A stretch of DNA of 63,915 nt from Salpingoeca rosetta (lineage: Eukaryota > Protista > Choanoflagellata), in assembly GCA_033442325.1 (NCBI GenBank), contig JAWQFM010000011.1, forward strand, positions 684,873 through 748,787. Reading direction: 5' to 3'. Positions 22,076 to 42,476 of this stretch are shown in pieces. The notes under the pieces are model-generated. The model was not told the origin of the DNA. It searched no databases and saw only the letters and a program-made list of their open reading frames with translations. The position numbers and the translations under genes are program-made. The stretch's first letter is position 1. Each line of letters opens with the position of its first letter.

Positions 22076-22841
22076 TCAGTACATGATGTACCAAAGGGAG
22101 AAGACGACGCAAGTGGCGATGACGGAGCCGAGAATGATGGCTGACCGCTTCTTCCTCAGGTCAATGTTCTTGCTGAGCTGGTTGATGACGGGGAACTTGT
22201 TCATTGTCGTGGAGAGCTTGGAAAACACATTGTCGATTCGTGACGCCTGGTCTTGCAACGCATTCCGCGCACCAGCAGCCATGCTGCGACATAGAGGGAC
22301 GTGGTTATGCGCGTGTGTGCGTGCGTGTGCGTGCGTGTGCATGTGCGTGCGTGTGTGAGCAGAGGAGGAGCACGAGTTTGCACTCGCATGCACAGAGCAG
22401 TCACTCCCAGAGCCAACTCCGAGTCACACACACACATGAAGACCGTTAGTACGTGTCTTTACCCCAAGATGTCGTCGGTGAGACGGTCGGATGTCCGAAT
22501 GTGATCACTTTCCTTGAGGTACAGATCCTCATTTCTCGATCCAGAATGATGGTCACTGCAAAACAAAGAAGTGGCCGTGAGCATTGCACTTCTGCACGCG
22601 CGCGCGCGCGCGTGTGTGTGCGTGTGTGCGTGTATTTATGTTTGTGGGGTGATACGAAAAGTACTGCCCATAGCGCCCTGTACACGGTATGCATGATGGG
22701 CTCACTTGATCGTCTTCTTCACATTGTCCAGCAGGTCTTCCTTCTCCATTTGCGCCTTGATGCTTTGCTGTCAGGTGTGTGTGTGTGGTGGGGGGACAAG
22801 GGCGTTGGTGCAGGTTCATGACTTGAGAATCGAACACAACG

Positions 22842-22894
<53 letters not shown>

Positions 22895-23781
22895 ACACAC
22901 GCACAAACACACATCACACACACACACGCACACGCACACATGAAAACCAACGAACCTTGATTCGTGCAAATTGTCGGTGATATGCCGTCTCCTTCTGTGC
23001 AAGCTGGTTGACGACGGTGACTCGACTTCTCGCCTCGCCCGCCAGGCCAACCATCTCGCTCGTCAATACAGAAAACTGCACTCGCAGCATACGAAGGAAA
23101 GCAGCGTCAATCCAAACGATACACAGAACACGGCGTCAATCCATTCGCAGACGCAAAGGATAACAGGCAGGCAAGCAGACAGACAGACAGATAGACGGAC
23201 GGATAGACAGACAGACAGAGGCAGACACGCACACACACACACACGCACGCATGCGCACCTCGTCCAGGCAGTTTTGAATCTCGGCGTACACACTGTGAAT
23301 GTCTCGAAGGGGATCATCGCTGCGTCTTTGCACACACGCACATGTGCAGGTGCAATCACAGTCAGAGATCAGCACGACAACAAGAGCCGGGCTGCCATGG
23401 CACAAGCACACAAGCACGCACACACACACAACCAAGCTCGCATATACACACGCAGGCACGCACACACACACACAACCAAGCTCGCAAACAAACCCACGCC
23501 AATGGCAGATCACAATATTATTGTGACTCTTACTTGAGCTGGTTGAAGTTGCGCAGCTTCTCAAAGTTGGCTTCCAACTCCAATTCCAGCTGTCGCACCC
23601 TGAGGTGCTTTGCTACACATTTGTGCATGAGCAGACAAAGTGTCAGCCACTACCACCAGAGTTACACACACACACACACACACACACAGACACAGACACA
23701 CACAGACTCACAGACACACACACACCATCACAGACACACACACCATCACACACCTTCCCATGGTGAGCTGCCTGTCGCCAT
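22076..23781 (-). CDS. GOSR1: Golgi SNARE GOSR1/Gos1 (GS28)
   Basis: MATGSSPWE..LRVRQLELELE; EKEDLL; DLYLKESDHIRTSDRLTDDILG; SNARE helix ..MNKFPVINQLSKNIDLRKKRSAIILGSVIATCVVFSLWYIMY* with C-terminal TM anchor. Confidence 0.9.
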
Positions 23782-24003
23782 CTTGTGTCTTTCTTCCTCT
23801 TTGGTTTGTTTGGTGTGGTGTGTGTATTTCGAGTGCAGATAATGCATGAAAGTTATTGGCCACTTTTCCAGACTTGAACTGCTGCGTGGTCCTGCTCGTC
23901 GCACAACACCTCTTCTCGTGTCACAACACATCACAACACAACACGATACAGCAACCTCCTCCAAGCCCGCAGCACGTCACTGGCACCCCAGCACACCAGC
24001 ACG

Positions 24004-25557
24004 ATGAGCGTGATTGCTGTTCATCATCCAGCGATGGATGAGCACGATCCACCGCATGCGCCACGCATGAGCGAGATCCGGCTGCGCGGTGAAGCCATTC
24101 GCACCATGCTGCAAGAGAACACGGACGTCTTCGCGCTGCGGGAGGCCAAGGACTTGGGCGAGAAGGTGATCCTGCGCACACACTCACAAGACCTGTACGA
24201 CGTGCTGCGTGTCGCATACGACCGCTTCCAGCGGCAAACGCAGACCACGGACGAGCCCCTCATCGTGGACACATTTGCTGTGGGGCGCATGCGCACGGAA
24301 GGGCTCAAGCACGTGAGGGAGATCCTCGAGAACGAGGACGCCGACATCGCCCATGCACTGGGCATGTTCGTGTCGGACGCCACATCGCCAATGACCAAGG
24401 GCACCTTCAAGGCGGCGTACTGGGCTGCTCAGTGTGCGGCACATGCCGTTGAGGTCGTGCTTGAGGAGGCGCAGCACCGTATCGCCTATGCCCTGTGCCG
24501 TCCACCTGGTCACCATGCCAGCCGCGACATTGCTGGTGGCTTCTGCTTTTTCAACAACGGTGAGCCACATCACACCGCTTAATGGTCATGCTCAGCCTTG
24601 TTTTGGACACGCAGCTTGTTTTGTGCACCCCTGTGTGTCTGCTTGGCCTGTTTGCACTTGTGTCCTTGGTTGTCGTGTGCGTGGATGTTGGTGTGCGTTG
24701 ATGTGCAAAAACGTTGATTTGTGTCCGCACGACATGAGATAACTGGAGTTTGCATCCGTATGCCACAAGATACCCGCCTGCAGCTTCCAACCCTCCCCTC
24801 ATCCATTTCATGCTGCATTGCCACGTTGTTGCGCCATGTCACCTACAGTGGCCGTGGCTGCCGAGCAAGCTCTGGCCAAGGGCAAGCGCCCAGCGATCCT
24901 TGATGTCGACTTCCATCACGGCAATGGCACACAGGACATCTTCTATGCCCGCAGCGATGTGCTGTTTGTTTCCCTGCATTGTGATCCTCGCTTTGAGTAC
25001 CCCTTCTGGGCTGGTTTCAGCACGGAGCACGGCGAAGGTGTGTCGGCCATGTGATGCATTGCCTTGCGTGCGTGTACGTGTGCGTGTGTGCGTGTGTGTG
25101 CATGTGTGTGTGCATGTGTGTGTGCATGTGTGTGTGTGTGTGCATGCGTGTGTATGTGCGTGCGTATGCGTGCGTGTGTGCGCGTGTGTGTATGTGTGTG
25201 TTTGTGTGCATGTTTGTGTGTGCACTTGTGCACGTGTTTCTGTTGCTTGTGCGCTCATTTCCTCAAGGTCTGTGCCTCATCTTCAGTTACTCACGCTGTT
25301 TCTCCTGCCGTTTCCCTTGCTGGTTCATGTGCATGTGTGCATGGTAGGTGAAGGCGAGGGTTACAACCTGAATGTGCCGCTTCCGCCTGGCACGACCGGT
25401 GAAGAGTTTAATGGCGAGCTCGAGAAGCAGGCCCTGCCGCGCATCGCAGAGTTTAAGCCAGATGTGCTGCTCATCTCTCTCGGCACAGACACCGCCCGCG
25501 CAGACCCAGAGGTCAGAGTGTGATGTGTGATGTGTGATGTGTGATGTGTGATGTGTG

Positions 25558-25603
<46 letters not shown>

Positions 25604-25952
25604 TGTGTGATGTGTGCGTGCGTGCGTGTGTGTGCGTGTGTGTGTACGTACGTGGGGTCCATGAGTGCTTGCATTGTTTCTCGTGTCTGACCATTACACC
25701 GTCACCTCCTCTATCATCCCCTCCACCACCACCTCCACCACGGTCGCCGCTGTCGCACATGCACCACAGGGCCAGTTCCTGCTGGACACGGCCGACTTCC
25801 ACCAGATGGGAGCCAAGATCAGCGCTGCCTTTGCCACCACCCCGATTGTTGTCGTGCAGGAGGGTGGCTACTCGGTTGCGGGCGAGAACAACGTGCTCTC
25901 AGTCAATGTGAAGGCCTTCATGTATGGTCTCCAAGGCATCGCCCTGGCTTGA
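24004..25952 (+). CDS. HDAC-superfamily enzyme of the bacterial acetylpolyamine amidohydrolase (APAH) type; 4 exons
   Basis: YALCRPPGHHA..GGFCFFNN, AILDVDFHHGNGTQDIFYARSDVLFVSLH.DP..EYPF..G...E.GEG.GEGYNLNVPL, ISLGTDT, QEGGY. Exons 24004-24559, 24849-25037, 25348-25511, 25770-25952. Confidence 0.9.
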
Positions 25953-26259
25953 AGCGATGCGTGGATGTGAGGTGGATGATCCACACTGCCCACGACATTG
26001 TGGTTACACGAGACGCGCCCGTGTGTTGTGTCCCAAGATGCTTTCGTCTCAATAGGGGGCGGGCAGGCACTCTGTTACTTGCTTGTTGCATGTGTTCTGT
26101 TTGGATGGGTGTGCGTGGTTTGTGTCGTGTCAGTGGATCATTGGAGGATGGCAGCAACAACAGCCACATAAAACCTCAACGCCGCAAGCAAGCAAGCCAG
26201 CAAGAAGCAACCAAGCAAGCAAGTCAGTCCTGCCAAACTTGGCACACGACTTTGGAAGC

Positions 26260-27530
<1,271 letters not shown>

Positions 27531-27575
27531 CACGGACAAAATGTGTGCGTGTGTGCGTGCGTGCGTGCGTGCGTG

Positions 27576-27659
<84 letters not shown>

Positions 27660-28172
27660 CGTGTGTGTATGCGTGCGTGTGTGTATGCGACGGTGCTCTT
27701 GGGAGTAGGTTTGGTGAGAGCGAAGCTGACACTGTGTACTGTAAGTTATTTGAGGACAGAAGCTGACTGACGTTGTGACAGACGTGACATGCCATGGCAC
27801 GTGTGGCTGCACGTGTTAAGGGACACTGTAGTACGAGAAATAAACGAACCCCCCCCCCCAACACCACTGCACAAGACGGACAGGGGTTAGAGGTGAAGAT
27901 CAACAGAGGGACACACGGATGAATGCCTGGGTTGAGAGAAATACACTCACTTCCACAGACGGACAAAGACACAGACAGAGACACTGGGACAGAGGCTCAC
28001 AAGCACACAGACAGACAGACAGACAGACAGACACACCACACACACACACACACAACACACATAGGCTCACAAGCACACACACACACACACAGAGGCTCAC
28101 AAGCACACAGACAGACAGACAGACACACACACACACACGCACACACACACACATACACCATCTGAGCGCATG

Positions 28173-30536
<2,364 letters not shown>

Positions 30537-31842
30537 GATGGTTCGTGTGCCGCTGACGAGTCCTGTCCAATTGTTGATGCTGGTGTTCTTGTTGTTGGTG
30601 CTGCTGCTGGTGGTGGTGGTGGTACGGTTGTAGTTCAAAGAGCAGTGGAAGAGGGATCTGCGGTTCGTGATGGCTTTGCGGTACTGGTGGCGAGGGAGGG
30701 TGCAAGTGGTCTTGGGCTGTCTTGAGTGGTGTGCACTCGAATCAAGTCGAACCGTAGACGACGGAAGCGATGGGTGCGTGATGGGACAGGGAGGGCCAAA
30801 GGCAGAGGTGCTGGCGACAGTCGCGCGTGAAGGTGCCACAAGACAAGAGGGTCGACTTCAGTGGAGGCAACCCGGCAGGTGAGGAAATGAGGGACCGGAG
30901 AGTGCGCGGGGTTTCCCGTCAACGAGAGACGACAGTCGAGCCCAAGCGGTGATGATGTGGCGGACTGGATCGAAAGGAGCGGAAGTGCAAGGTGCTCCTT
31001 CAGGAGTGTGTGAAGGTGAGGGAGGTTAGCTGAGCCTTGTGATGGCAACGAGACGAAAGCCGATATGTGGCCGGGTGTCAGCAGAAGCGTCAAGACAGCT
31101 GGGCTGGTGATGGGGGCTTGAACCTCGCGCACGAGCAGAAAGTGGCGCTGGTGTTGAGCTGGGAGGCAAAACAAACCGCTCGCGCCGAAGAGGGAGCAGG
31201 AACCGAGCAGAAGGGGAGACTCGCAAGTGCGCAGCAAAGGTCCCTTCGCTCTGGCGTGTGGTTGGAAAAGTGAAAGCACGCACCTCTTCTGTGAAACAGG
31301 CACAGGCACAGGCACAGGGCACAGGCATCGCAGTGCTTGGGTGGGAAAGGGGGGGGGGAGGGGAAGAAGAAGGAGAAAAAGGAGAAGCAGCAGGAGGTGC
31401 GCCATTTCTGGTTGTCACAGCGAGCGGGAGCATGCTTGCATGCGTTGCTGCACGCATGCACAAGGTCCGACTACTGGTGCTGCTGGTGCTGTTGCTGTTG
31501 CTGGTGCTGGTGCTGGTGTTGGTGCTGGTGCCGCGGTTGCACATCATGCACCCACACAACAAGCCCTTCTCGCTTGCTAGATAGCTGCTTCTTGACTACC
31601 GCAAGGTGACCTGACGTAATTGCGAGCGATCGAGAACCGGCTGGTGTGAGCATGACGTGATTGTGACTGCATAGCATGAGGCAGAGCAGTGGCATGGGCG
31701 CCATCGCAGGCCATTGTAGTGGACACAAATGACCACCGTCATCTTTGGTGCCGAGCCGCCGAAAATTACATCAAGATTTTTGCAATTCTTCAAGACACGA
31801 GACAGAGAAAGCAAGCAAGCCAAGGCAGACCAAACCACAGAC

Positions 31843-32313
31843 ATGCGCGTGTGTGCTGGGGAAGGATGCGAGAAGGAGGGCACGATGCGTTGCCCGACAT
31901 GCATCAAGCTTCACATCGAGGAAGGCAGCTACTTCTGCGATCAGGTGCGCGCAGCGAAGGAACAAGGAAAGAGAGGAGGGGTAGGGTGAGGGGTGGGGAG
32001 AGGAGAACGGCACTCGCTGCAGGCAGCATGTGTGTGTGTGTGTGTTGCGTTGCCTCGTGCCATGTCACACGGTTGTAGTCATTGCCTGGGACCTTGATGG
32101 GAACGATCCTGAAAGCTTTGCTTGCACAGCTCACTATGTATTCCTTTCTGTGATATAACAGGTGTGTTTCAAGGCCAACTGGGCCAAGCACAAGGCCCTG
32201 CACAAGAAGGCAAAGCTTGAGGCTGCCAAGATCCAGCAGGAGAACAGCGCCACCGATCGTACGTTTCGTCGCGTGAATTTGAGTCGTTCGTCCCTGTTCA
32301 TGCCATTGAACAC

Positions 32314-32384
<71 letters not shown>

Positions 32385-34419
32385 GCTATGGGCCCGTGCT
32401 TTGTTTGCTCACGCCTTGTGCACATAACATGGACATGAACATCAACGAACCAACAGCAAAGGACCTGTCTGTGCAGTTGGACTGGCCAGGCTACAGGTTC
32501 TCAGGTCCACTGCGCCCTCACAAGCAATCACCTCGCCGTCTTGTGCCCAAACACATCCAACGCCCGGACTACGCCAACAACGATGAGGGTGAGGCGGGCG
32601 AGTGTTCCTGTGTTTGTGTCTTATGTATGTTGGGTTTGTTGTGTCTGTTGTGTGTGTGTGCGTGTATGTCTTGTGTCTGTTGTGTTTGTTCGTTTGTTGC
32701 TGTGCTGTGTATTCAAAGTGTTTGCATGTGCTATACGATATGACCGATAGTGCTGACTCGTTGGCTGCGTGGGCGTGTGCATTGTGCTGACTGGCGCAGG
32801 CTACCCGTTCTCCGAGGCCATGAACAAGTCCAAGCTGCGGTGCCTGAGCAAAGAGGAAATTGCAAAGATGAAGCACGTCTGCAAGGTGCGCTGCATGTTG
32901 TGTGTGTGTGTGTGTGCGTGTGTGTGTGTGTGTATGCGCGCAATCTTGTCGCACGAGCCATGAGCACTTCTCTCACACATCGCCACTCCCACGTATTGTG
33001 CTTACCATTCCCCCCACTCTCCTGCCGCGTACACTTGTGATGCCCTCCACATACCACCACCACGACCACCATGATCACGACGACCACCACCACGTGTTGG
33101 TCAGCTTGGGCGGGAGGTGCTGGATGCGTGCGGCGCCGCCATCCGGCCCGGCATCACCACCGACGAAATCGACCGCGTCTGCCACGAGGTCCCCTTGATA
33201 TGTGTGTATGTGTGTGTATGTGTGTGTGTGTGTTTGTGTGTTTGTGTGTATGTGTGTATGTTTGTGTGTATATGTGTGTGTATGTGTGTGTGTGCGTTTT
33301 TGTGTGTTTGTGTGAATCACGTTGTTTATGTGCTTTTGATCTGTGCGTTGCTTGCAAGCCTTCACCGTTTTAAGCTCATGCACTGTATCTCGTCTCGGTT
33401 TTGCACCGTGCTTGCAGGCATCGATTGAGCGGGACTGCTACCCGTCCCCACTCAACTACTTTCAGTTTCCAAAGTCTTGCTGCACGTGAGTGTTCTCCCT
33501 TTTCACATGGATGAATGGATGGATGGATGGATGGTGGCGTGTTCGTGGCTGCTGCTGCTGTCCACGCTCACGTTGCGGTGTGACGTACACTCACTTTGCT
33601 CTGTCACTCCATCATTCTCTCGTGTGCGTTTGAGTCTTCAGGTCGGTGAACGAGGTGATCTGTCACGGCATCCCTGATGGCTACGTCCTGCAGGATGGTG
33701 ACATTGTCAACGGTGCGCACAACCGCGTGGTGTTGTGCTGTGTTGTAGTGTTTGTGCTGTGTTTGTGTGGGGTGTGATTCACACATTTGAAGCACGACGT
33801 GCCCACATTTCCTGCCTCCTGGTCCTCATCTCAATCCCCTTCACACATACACACACACACCGCGTGCTGCTGCGTGTTGTGCAGTTGACATCTCTGTGTT
33901 CCACAAGGGCTACCACGCTGATTTGAACGAGACGTTCCTGGTTGGCGAGGTCGATGAGAAGACCCTCCACCTCGTCAAGACCACCTACGAGTGCTTGGAC
34001 ATGGCCATCAAGTCTTGTGCGTTTCTTTTGTGTGTGTGCGTGTGTGTCTGTGTTTGTTCCGTTTGTTTGTTTGTTTGTCTGTTTGTTTGTTTGTTTGTTT
34101 GTTTGTTTGTTTGTTTGTTTGTTTGTTTGTTTGTTTGTTTGTTTGTTTGTTTGTTTGTTTGTTTGTTTGTTTGTTTGTGCATGCTTTCAATGTGCACTCA
34201 CAATCATGTTGTCTTTGCCCTCCCCCCCCCAATGGCCATTCATCAACCAGGCAAGCCGGGCATGCGTTACCGCGATCTCGGCAACATCATCAGCAAGGTG
34301 TGTGGGGCCGATACATTCGCTTGTTGGCGTGCTTGGTTTGTTGGTGTGATTGGTTTGTTTGTGAGGTTGCTCGCGCGTTGGTTACGTCCTCCCTTGTCAC
34401 CCTCATGGTATGTTGACCG

Positions 34420-34499
<80 letters not shown>

Positions 34500-35242
34500 N
34501 NNNNNNNNNNNNNNNNNNNNNNNNNNNNNNNNNNNNNNNNNNNNNNNNNNNNNNNNNNNNNNNNNNNNNNNNNNNNNNNNNNNNNNNNNNNNNNNNNNNC
34601 GTGCATGCATTGTGTGTGTGCGCGCGTGTGTGTGTGTGTGTTCATTGGCATCAACCCACCCTGCATGTTATCCTTCCTTCTTTCTCTTGTGATTGTCCAT
34701 CTTTGCCCCCCCCCCCTTTTCTTCTTCCTCTGCTAATACTTTGCCTGTGCATGTGTTTATTGTGTTTCATCACTGCAGAGAACAAGGCAGTTGGCATTAT
34801 GAAGCCCGGGCACGTGTTTACCATTGAGCCCATGATCAACTTGGGTAAGAGAAAGAGTGCGTGTGCATGGGTGTGAATATGCGTGAAAGCACGCAGCTGA
34901 TGGGCGAGCAGGCATTGCCAGTCACGGTCGGCTTGAGCCTTCCCCACGAATACACATGCCCGACTCACCATACATATATCCTCCTCCTCCTCCCCTCCAA
35001 CTGCACACACGCACTTCGTGCGCACCATCGCAGGGACGTGGCAGGATCAGACGTGGCCGGACAAGTGGACGTCGACGACGATTGACGGCAAGCGGTCGGC
35101 GCAGTTTGAGCACACGCTGCTCATTACAGAGACTGGGGTGGAGGTGCTCACCGCACGCACCAAGGACTCGCCCGTTGGGCCGCAGTGGTTCCAGACTGTG
35201 CTGGAGAAGAAGGCCGCCGAGAAGAAAAGTGGGAGTGATTGA
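31843..35242 (+). CDS. METAP1: Methionine aminopeptidase 1 with N-terminal zinc finger; at least one exon lost in gap 34500-34599
   Basis: [81 protein letters not shown]. Confidence 0.97.
34061..34177 (+). repeat. (GTTT)n intronic microsatellite
   Basis: Tetranucleotide run in a METAP1 intron; a similar run lies at 5164-5231. Confidence 0.95.
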
Positions 35243-35488
35243 AAGGGGCTGTGATGTGATGTGATGTGATGTGATGCGGCCACGCTCATTGTATTGTGTC
35301 TTGTGGTCGTGCTCGTTTGTTGTCGTTTGTGGTGGTGGTCGCGGTCGTTCGTGGTGTTGTTCGCCCACACAAAAAAAAAAAAACCGAAGAATTAAAAAAA
35401 TTGATGTCACATTTTTTATTTGTCGAAACCCACAAGTGTGCAAACTGGATGAATTTTCTGATATGCCGGAAGGACATTAAATGCAGGC

Positions 35489-35651
35489 ATACTTACCTGC
35501 ACGTCTCGCATGCTGGATCACGCAGCAGCTGCGGGGTTGGCGAGAGTTGGGCATTGCACGCGGCCCAGCTTGACCTGACTGAACATCACGAATGTGGTGT
35601 CTCAACGTGGCAATTTTTGCCCAGGCAGGTGTGGCGTTCGCGCCCTCCTGC
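35489..35651 (+). ncRNA. U1: U1 spliceosomal snRNA
   Basis: 5' ATACTTACCTG; helix CACGT/ACGTG; SL1 loop GATCACG (U1-70K site); SL2 loop ATTGCAC (U1A site); Sm site AATTTTTG; terminal stem GCAGG..GGCG-TTCG-CGCC..CCTGC; about 163 nt. Confidence 0.97.
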
Positions 35652-36079
35652 TGTCAAACTCAATCTTGAGTATCAACAACCACACTAAAAGAAATGTAAA
35701 CCAATGTTTGATCCTGCGAGAGAATGGTGAGCTGCGGTATGTCTTCTGTACGCATAATCATCCGTGTGTGTTTGTACGCAGAAGCATTCATGTCGGTTCA
35801 ATCGCGTGTTACCCACGTTGTGACACTCGCACATTGCCCTTTCTATCATCGTTCATCACACTCCACACAACAACACCCTTTTCTTTCCAACATCAGATCC
35901 CATCATCAGAGGTTATGGTTAAGCTTTGGCTGTACTGGGGAGGCGTACGCGAAAGCATTTGACAAAGGGGGGAGCAGCAGACAACCATGCGAGGAGACAG
36001 ACAGGGCACCAGAGGTGTAAAGAAAAGAAGAGAGTAGAAACAAACAAGACGAGCGAGCACAAGCTGGCGTTTGTTGCGT

Positions 36080-37449
36080 TTACTTCTTCTTCTTCATGGC
36101 AGCCTCTGCCGCAGCCTCGGCAGCAACCTTGAGACGGATACCAGCGAGCTTGGCGTCGGCGCGCATGTGGCGCATCTCCGCGAACACATTGCGTTTCCTC
36201 TCCTTCTGCAAAAAGGGGGGATGCGCAAACAACAACAACAACACCACACACACCGAGCACGCGCACAACCGTGAGACAAACAAAAACAGTGGTGGTGGTG
36301 GTGGTGGACCCAGGAACAGGAGTGCATTCCCAACACACAAATGCACACGCACAAGCACACACGACGCCACCCATGTACACAGACAGACCACACCCACGAC
36401 ACACGCAACGCCTCACCATCTCACATCCATAACCACGACAAGAACACAACCAGCAAGACAGAGCAAGAGCAATGTGGGGAAAATAGTTGACTGACCTCTG
36501 TGATGGCGCGGACCTGGATCTTGTGCTTGGGCTGCACAATAGGCATGACAACACCCTTGAGCTGCTCCACGGCATGCTGGTCCTTGCCGCCCTTGCGGAT
36601 GACAACGAGCTTGCTCTTGTACTCCTTGAGGCGGGCAACGTTGGCCTGGAAAGCCTCAACAGAGCGGTTCTTGCGGCGCTTGTCCACCGAGATGCCCACA
36701 GTCTGCGCATAGCGGGTGCTCAGACCAGCCTCCTGTTGACGCCCCAACAACAACAAAGAAAGACACGGAACGCGTTGACCATCCTCATTGTGAGGGAATG
36801 CACGACACAAGCAGCACACCCAGAACCGAACACAACACGAAACGCACACACCCCACACAAACAGCTACCACAACACATGTCAACAAGACAGAGTGGATAA
36901 TAACACAAGTACCACGCAGCCCAATAACAACCCACATGTACCACAACACACACCGCCTACCACATCAATGACCGGCACACACCTTAAGCTCGAGGGGGGT
37001 GAAGCCACGGCCGGCACGGAGACGCATGTTGTACTTGAACGTCTGGCAGCGGGCGATGGGGCGCAGAGCACCACCGGTGGGGCGGGGTGCAACCTGCTTG
37101 GCCTTCTACACTCACAAAACGAATAGCAACGCACACACGAGCCACCGTACCGTGAGCGCTTGTCACGCAGGCACGGCACATAAACTGCAAGGCAAATACG
37201 TGCACACACACACAGGACTCGAACACACGACAACACAGACAACACTCGACCCATCCACTCACACACACACACACGCGCATAAAAGTTGTGGTGAAGGGAA
37301 CGTACGGACTGGCGCTTGAGAGAGCGACGGCGCTTCTTGCCAGCCTGGTTGAAGTGGCACTTGACAACACCACGGTAGGTCCAGACGGAGTTGTGCCAGT
37401 GCTTGTGCAGATGCACGTTTGGCAGCATGTTGTTGTGTGCCTTCGTCAT
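36080..37449 (-). CDS. RPL13: 60S ribosomal protein eL13; 4 coding exons
   Basis: [94 protein letters not shown]. Confidence 0.97.
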
Positions 37450-37927
37450 GGTGCCGGTTTAGAGTCCTCTGGCAAAACTGTGAAAGAGAACAAACGAAGG
37501 GAGAAAGGACGAGAGCGAGGCAAAAAGGGAACGAGAGCCACCGCATGCACGTGAGTCGGTGAGTCGGATGTCTGCGCGAGTGTGCATGACACAATCGAAT
37601 TGGTGAATGAAATGTGGAAGAGCGCATGTGCGCGGTGCGTTGCTGCACGTGTTGGGATGGTTGTTGTGGCTTGAAGCTGCTGAAATGTGCGCCTCCCCTC
37701 TGCAATGCTGCTGTTGCTGTTGCTGTTGCTGAACCATCGACAGCCGCACACCTGCTGTGTATGTGCGGCACACGCCCGGCTGTTGCTGACACAGGATATG
37801 CTGGCACGTGGCAGGCCCACCAACAATCAATCCTCGTGTGTGGTTATCACGGTCGTCGGTGTCCATCACGGCAAACAAGGCGCACACCGTGTCCGTCACA
37901 GCACATCCAGCATCAACCAAGCGATGG

Positions 37928-37986
<59 letters not shown>

Positions 37987-38820
37987 AGCAGCCACCATCA
38001 TCATCGTCTGTCATGCCATCGTTCATCTCGCGTGCGTTGTGGTGGCTGTTGTGGATGTGCCGCGCCGCTCATGTACGATGCATATATGTGTGTGCGTCTG
38101 TGCTCTTGTGTTGCACACATCACCATCACACACAGAGACACACGCACAGACAGACAGAGACACACACAGAGACACACACAGAGACACACACAGAGACACA
38201 CACAGACACCCTCGTGCACCGACCACCCTCCCATATCCACCCCATCTCCGCTCGCGGTGTTCACTCACATGGGTGGCCGCTGTGGAGAAAAAGGCAGCTG
38301 CACGCGAGCGCAGGCGAATTTTGCGTGAAGAAAGCCACACACAATTCTTCCAATGGAAAAATAGCTGAAGATACCGCAGGGCGGTGTGCGCAATATATGT
38401 TTCGCACACAATCGTCAACAAAAAGTGCGCATTGGGGAATCCATGACAACCCAGGATATCGGACACAGATCAAGGCAGGCGAGCACAAAGCAAACCAAAC
38501 AACAGCGAGCACGACAGCGGTGACTTGACTGAGAGCAAGCAGCGAGTCGCTGAGTGACTGAGAGCGACAGTGTGTGCGAGTGAGTGTGTGCGAGTGAGTG
38601 TGTGTGTGTGTGTGTGCGCGTGTGTGTGTGTGTGAGTGTGTGTGTGTGAGTGTGTGTGTGTGTTATGCTCTGGGCCGGCCAATCCCAGCACGCAGAAAGC
38701 AAAAAGCCAACAGCGGCATCGGCGCAACACATCAGCAGTTGCCGAGAACGGTGTCAGCAGTGGTGACACGCAACACTCGCCCAGAGACACACCAGAAGCA
38801 GTACAAACGGCACCTTCGCC

Positions 38821-41679
<2,859 letters not shown>

Positions 41680-42185
41680 CGATGATGATCAAGGAGGGTG
41701 GTGGTGATGACCGATGGATGGATGGATGGATGGATGGCGTGTGAGGTGTGTACGTGTTCGGTTTCTCAACCCTGCACGCAGGTAAATGTTCACATGTGCA
41801 CGTTATTTTCCGTGTCTGCGTGTGCGTTTGTGATGTGAGCGCCTTTTGTGTTTGCTTTGGCATGTTAGCGCTCTGTCAGTTTGGCCGACGGCTGGCATCG
41901 TCGTGCTTCCATTGTGTGTATCCCCCTCTGACCCACTGCGTCCGTGTTTCCACAGCACCCCGTCTGTCATTTATGTGTGGTTACCTCCTGTGTCCTCTGG
42001 TTATTCTCGCTGCTAGCGCGCCGTGCGTGTTGTGTCGCAGCAACCTCCCTTCCCTCGCTCTTTCTTTCTTATCCCTCACCATCTCTCCTGTTGTGCGCAA
42101 CTTTCATTTATTTGTGTGTTGGTTGTAAGGGGATGTGCGTGCATGTGTGCTCGTGTGTTTCCGGTTGTGTGCGTGTTTGTTATGA

Positions 42186-42242
<57 letters not shown>

Positions 42243-42476
42243 TCATGCAATATAACTGATGACATGTCAAAACAATGCAGTGTGTGCAGAGAGAAAAAGG
42301 GAAAGCATCGAAAGAAAGATTGAGGCAGGCAACAGACCGGTAAGGGGAACAACAATGGGGTGCATAAGAGATTGGGGAGGGGTGTGAACCAAGAAACGAC
42401 GTGCCAACATTTACGCACGAGGCGCAAGCGTGCGCACAGCACTTTGAATGCACATGACGTGCTTGCGCGAATGCAC

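Noticed and set aside
24004-25952. Bacterial contamination
   Set aside because: The gene has GT-AG introns containing host-type microsatellites and is contiguous with eukaryotic genes.
30635-31609. Several long overlapping ORFs upstream of the kinase
   Set aside because: Low-complexity, with no motifs; an in-frame stop at 30858-30860 precedes the kinase frame. Treated as UTR/promoter, although an upstream exon cannot be excluded.
37614-38528. 304-aa ORF between RPL13 and PPP1R42
   Set aside because: Built from CAT/CAG/CAGAGACA repeats in a divergent promoter/UTR region; no domain signal.
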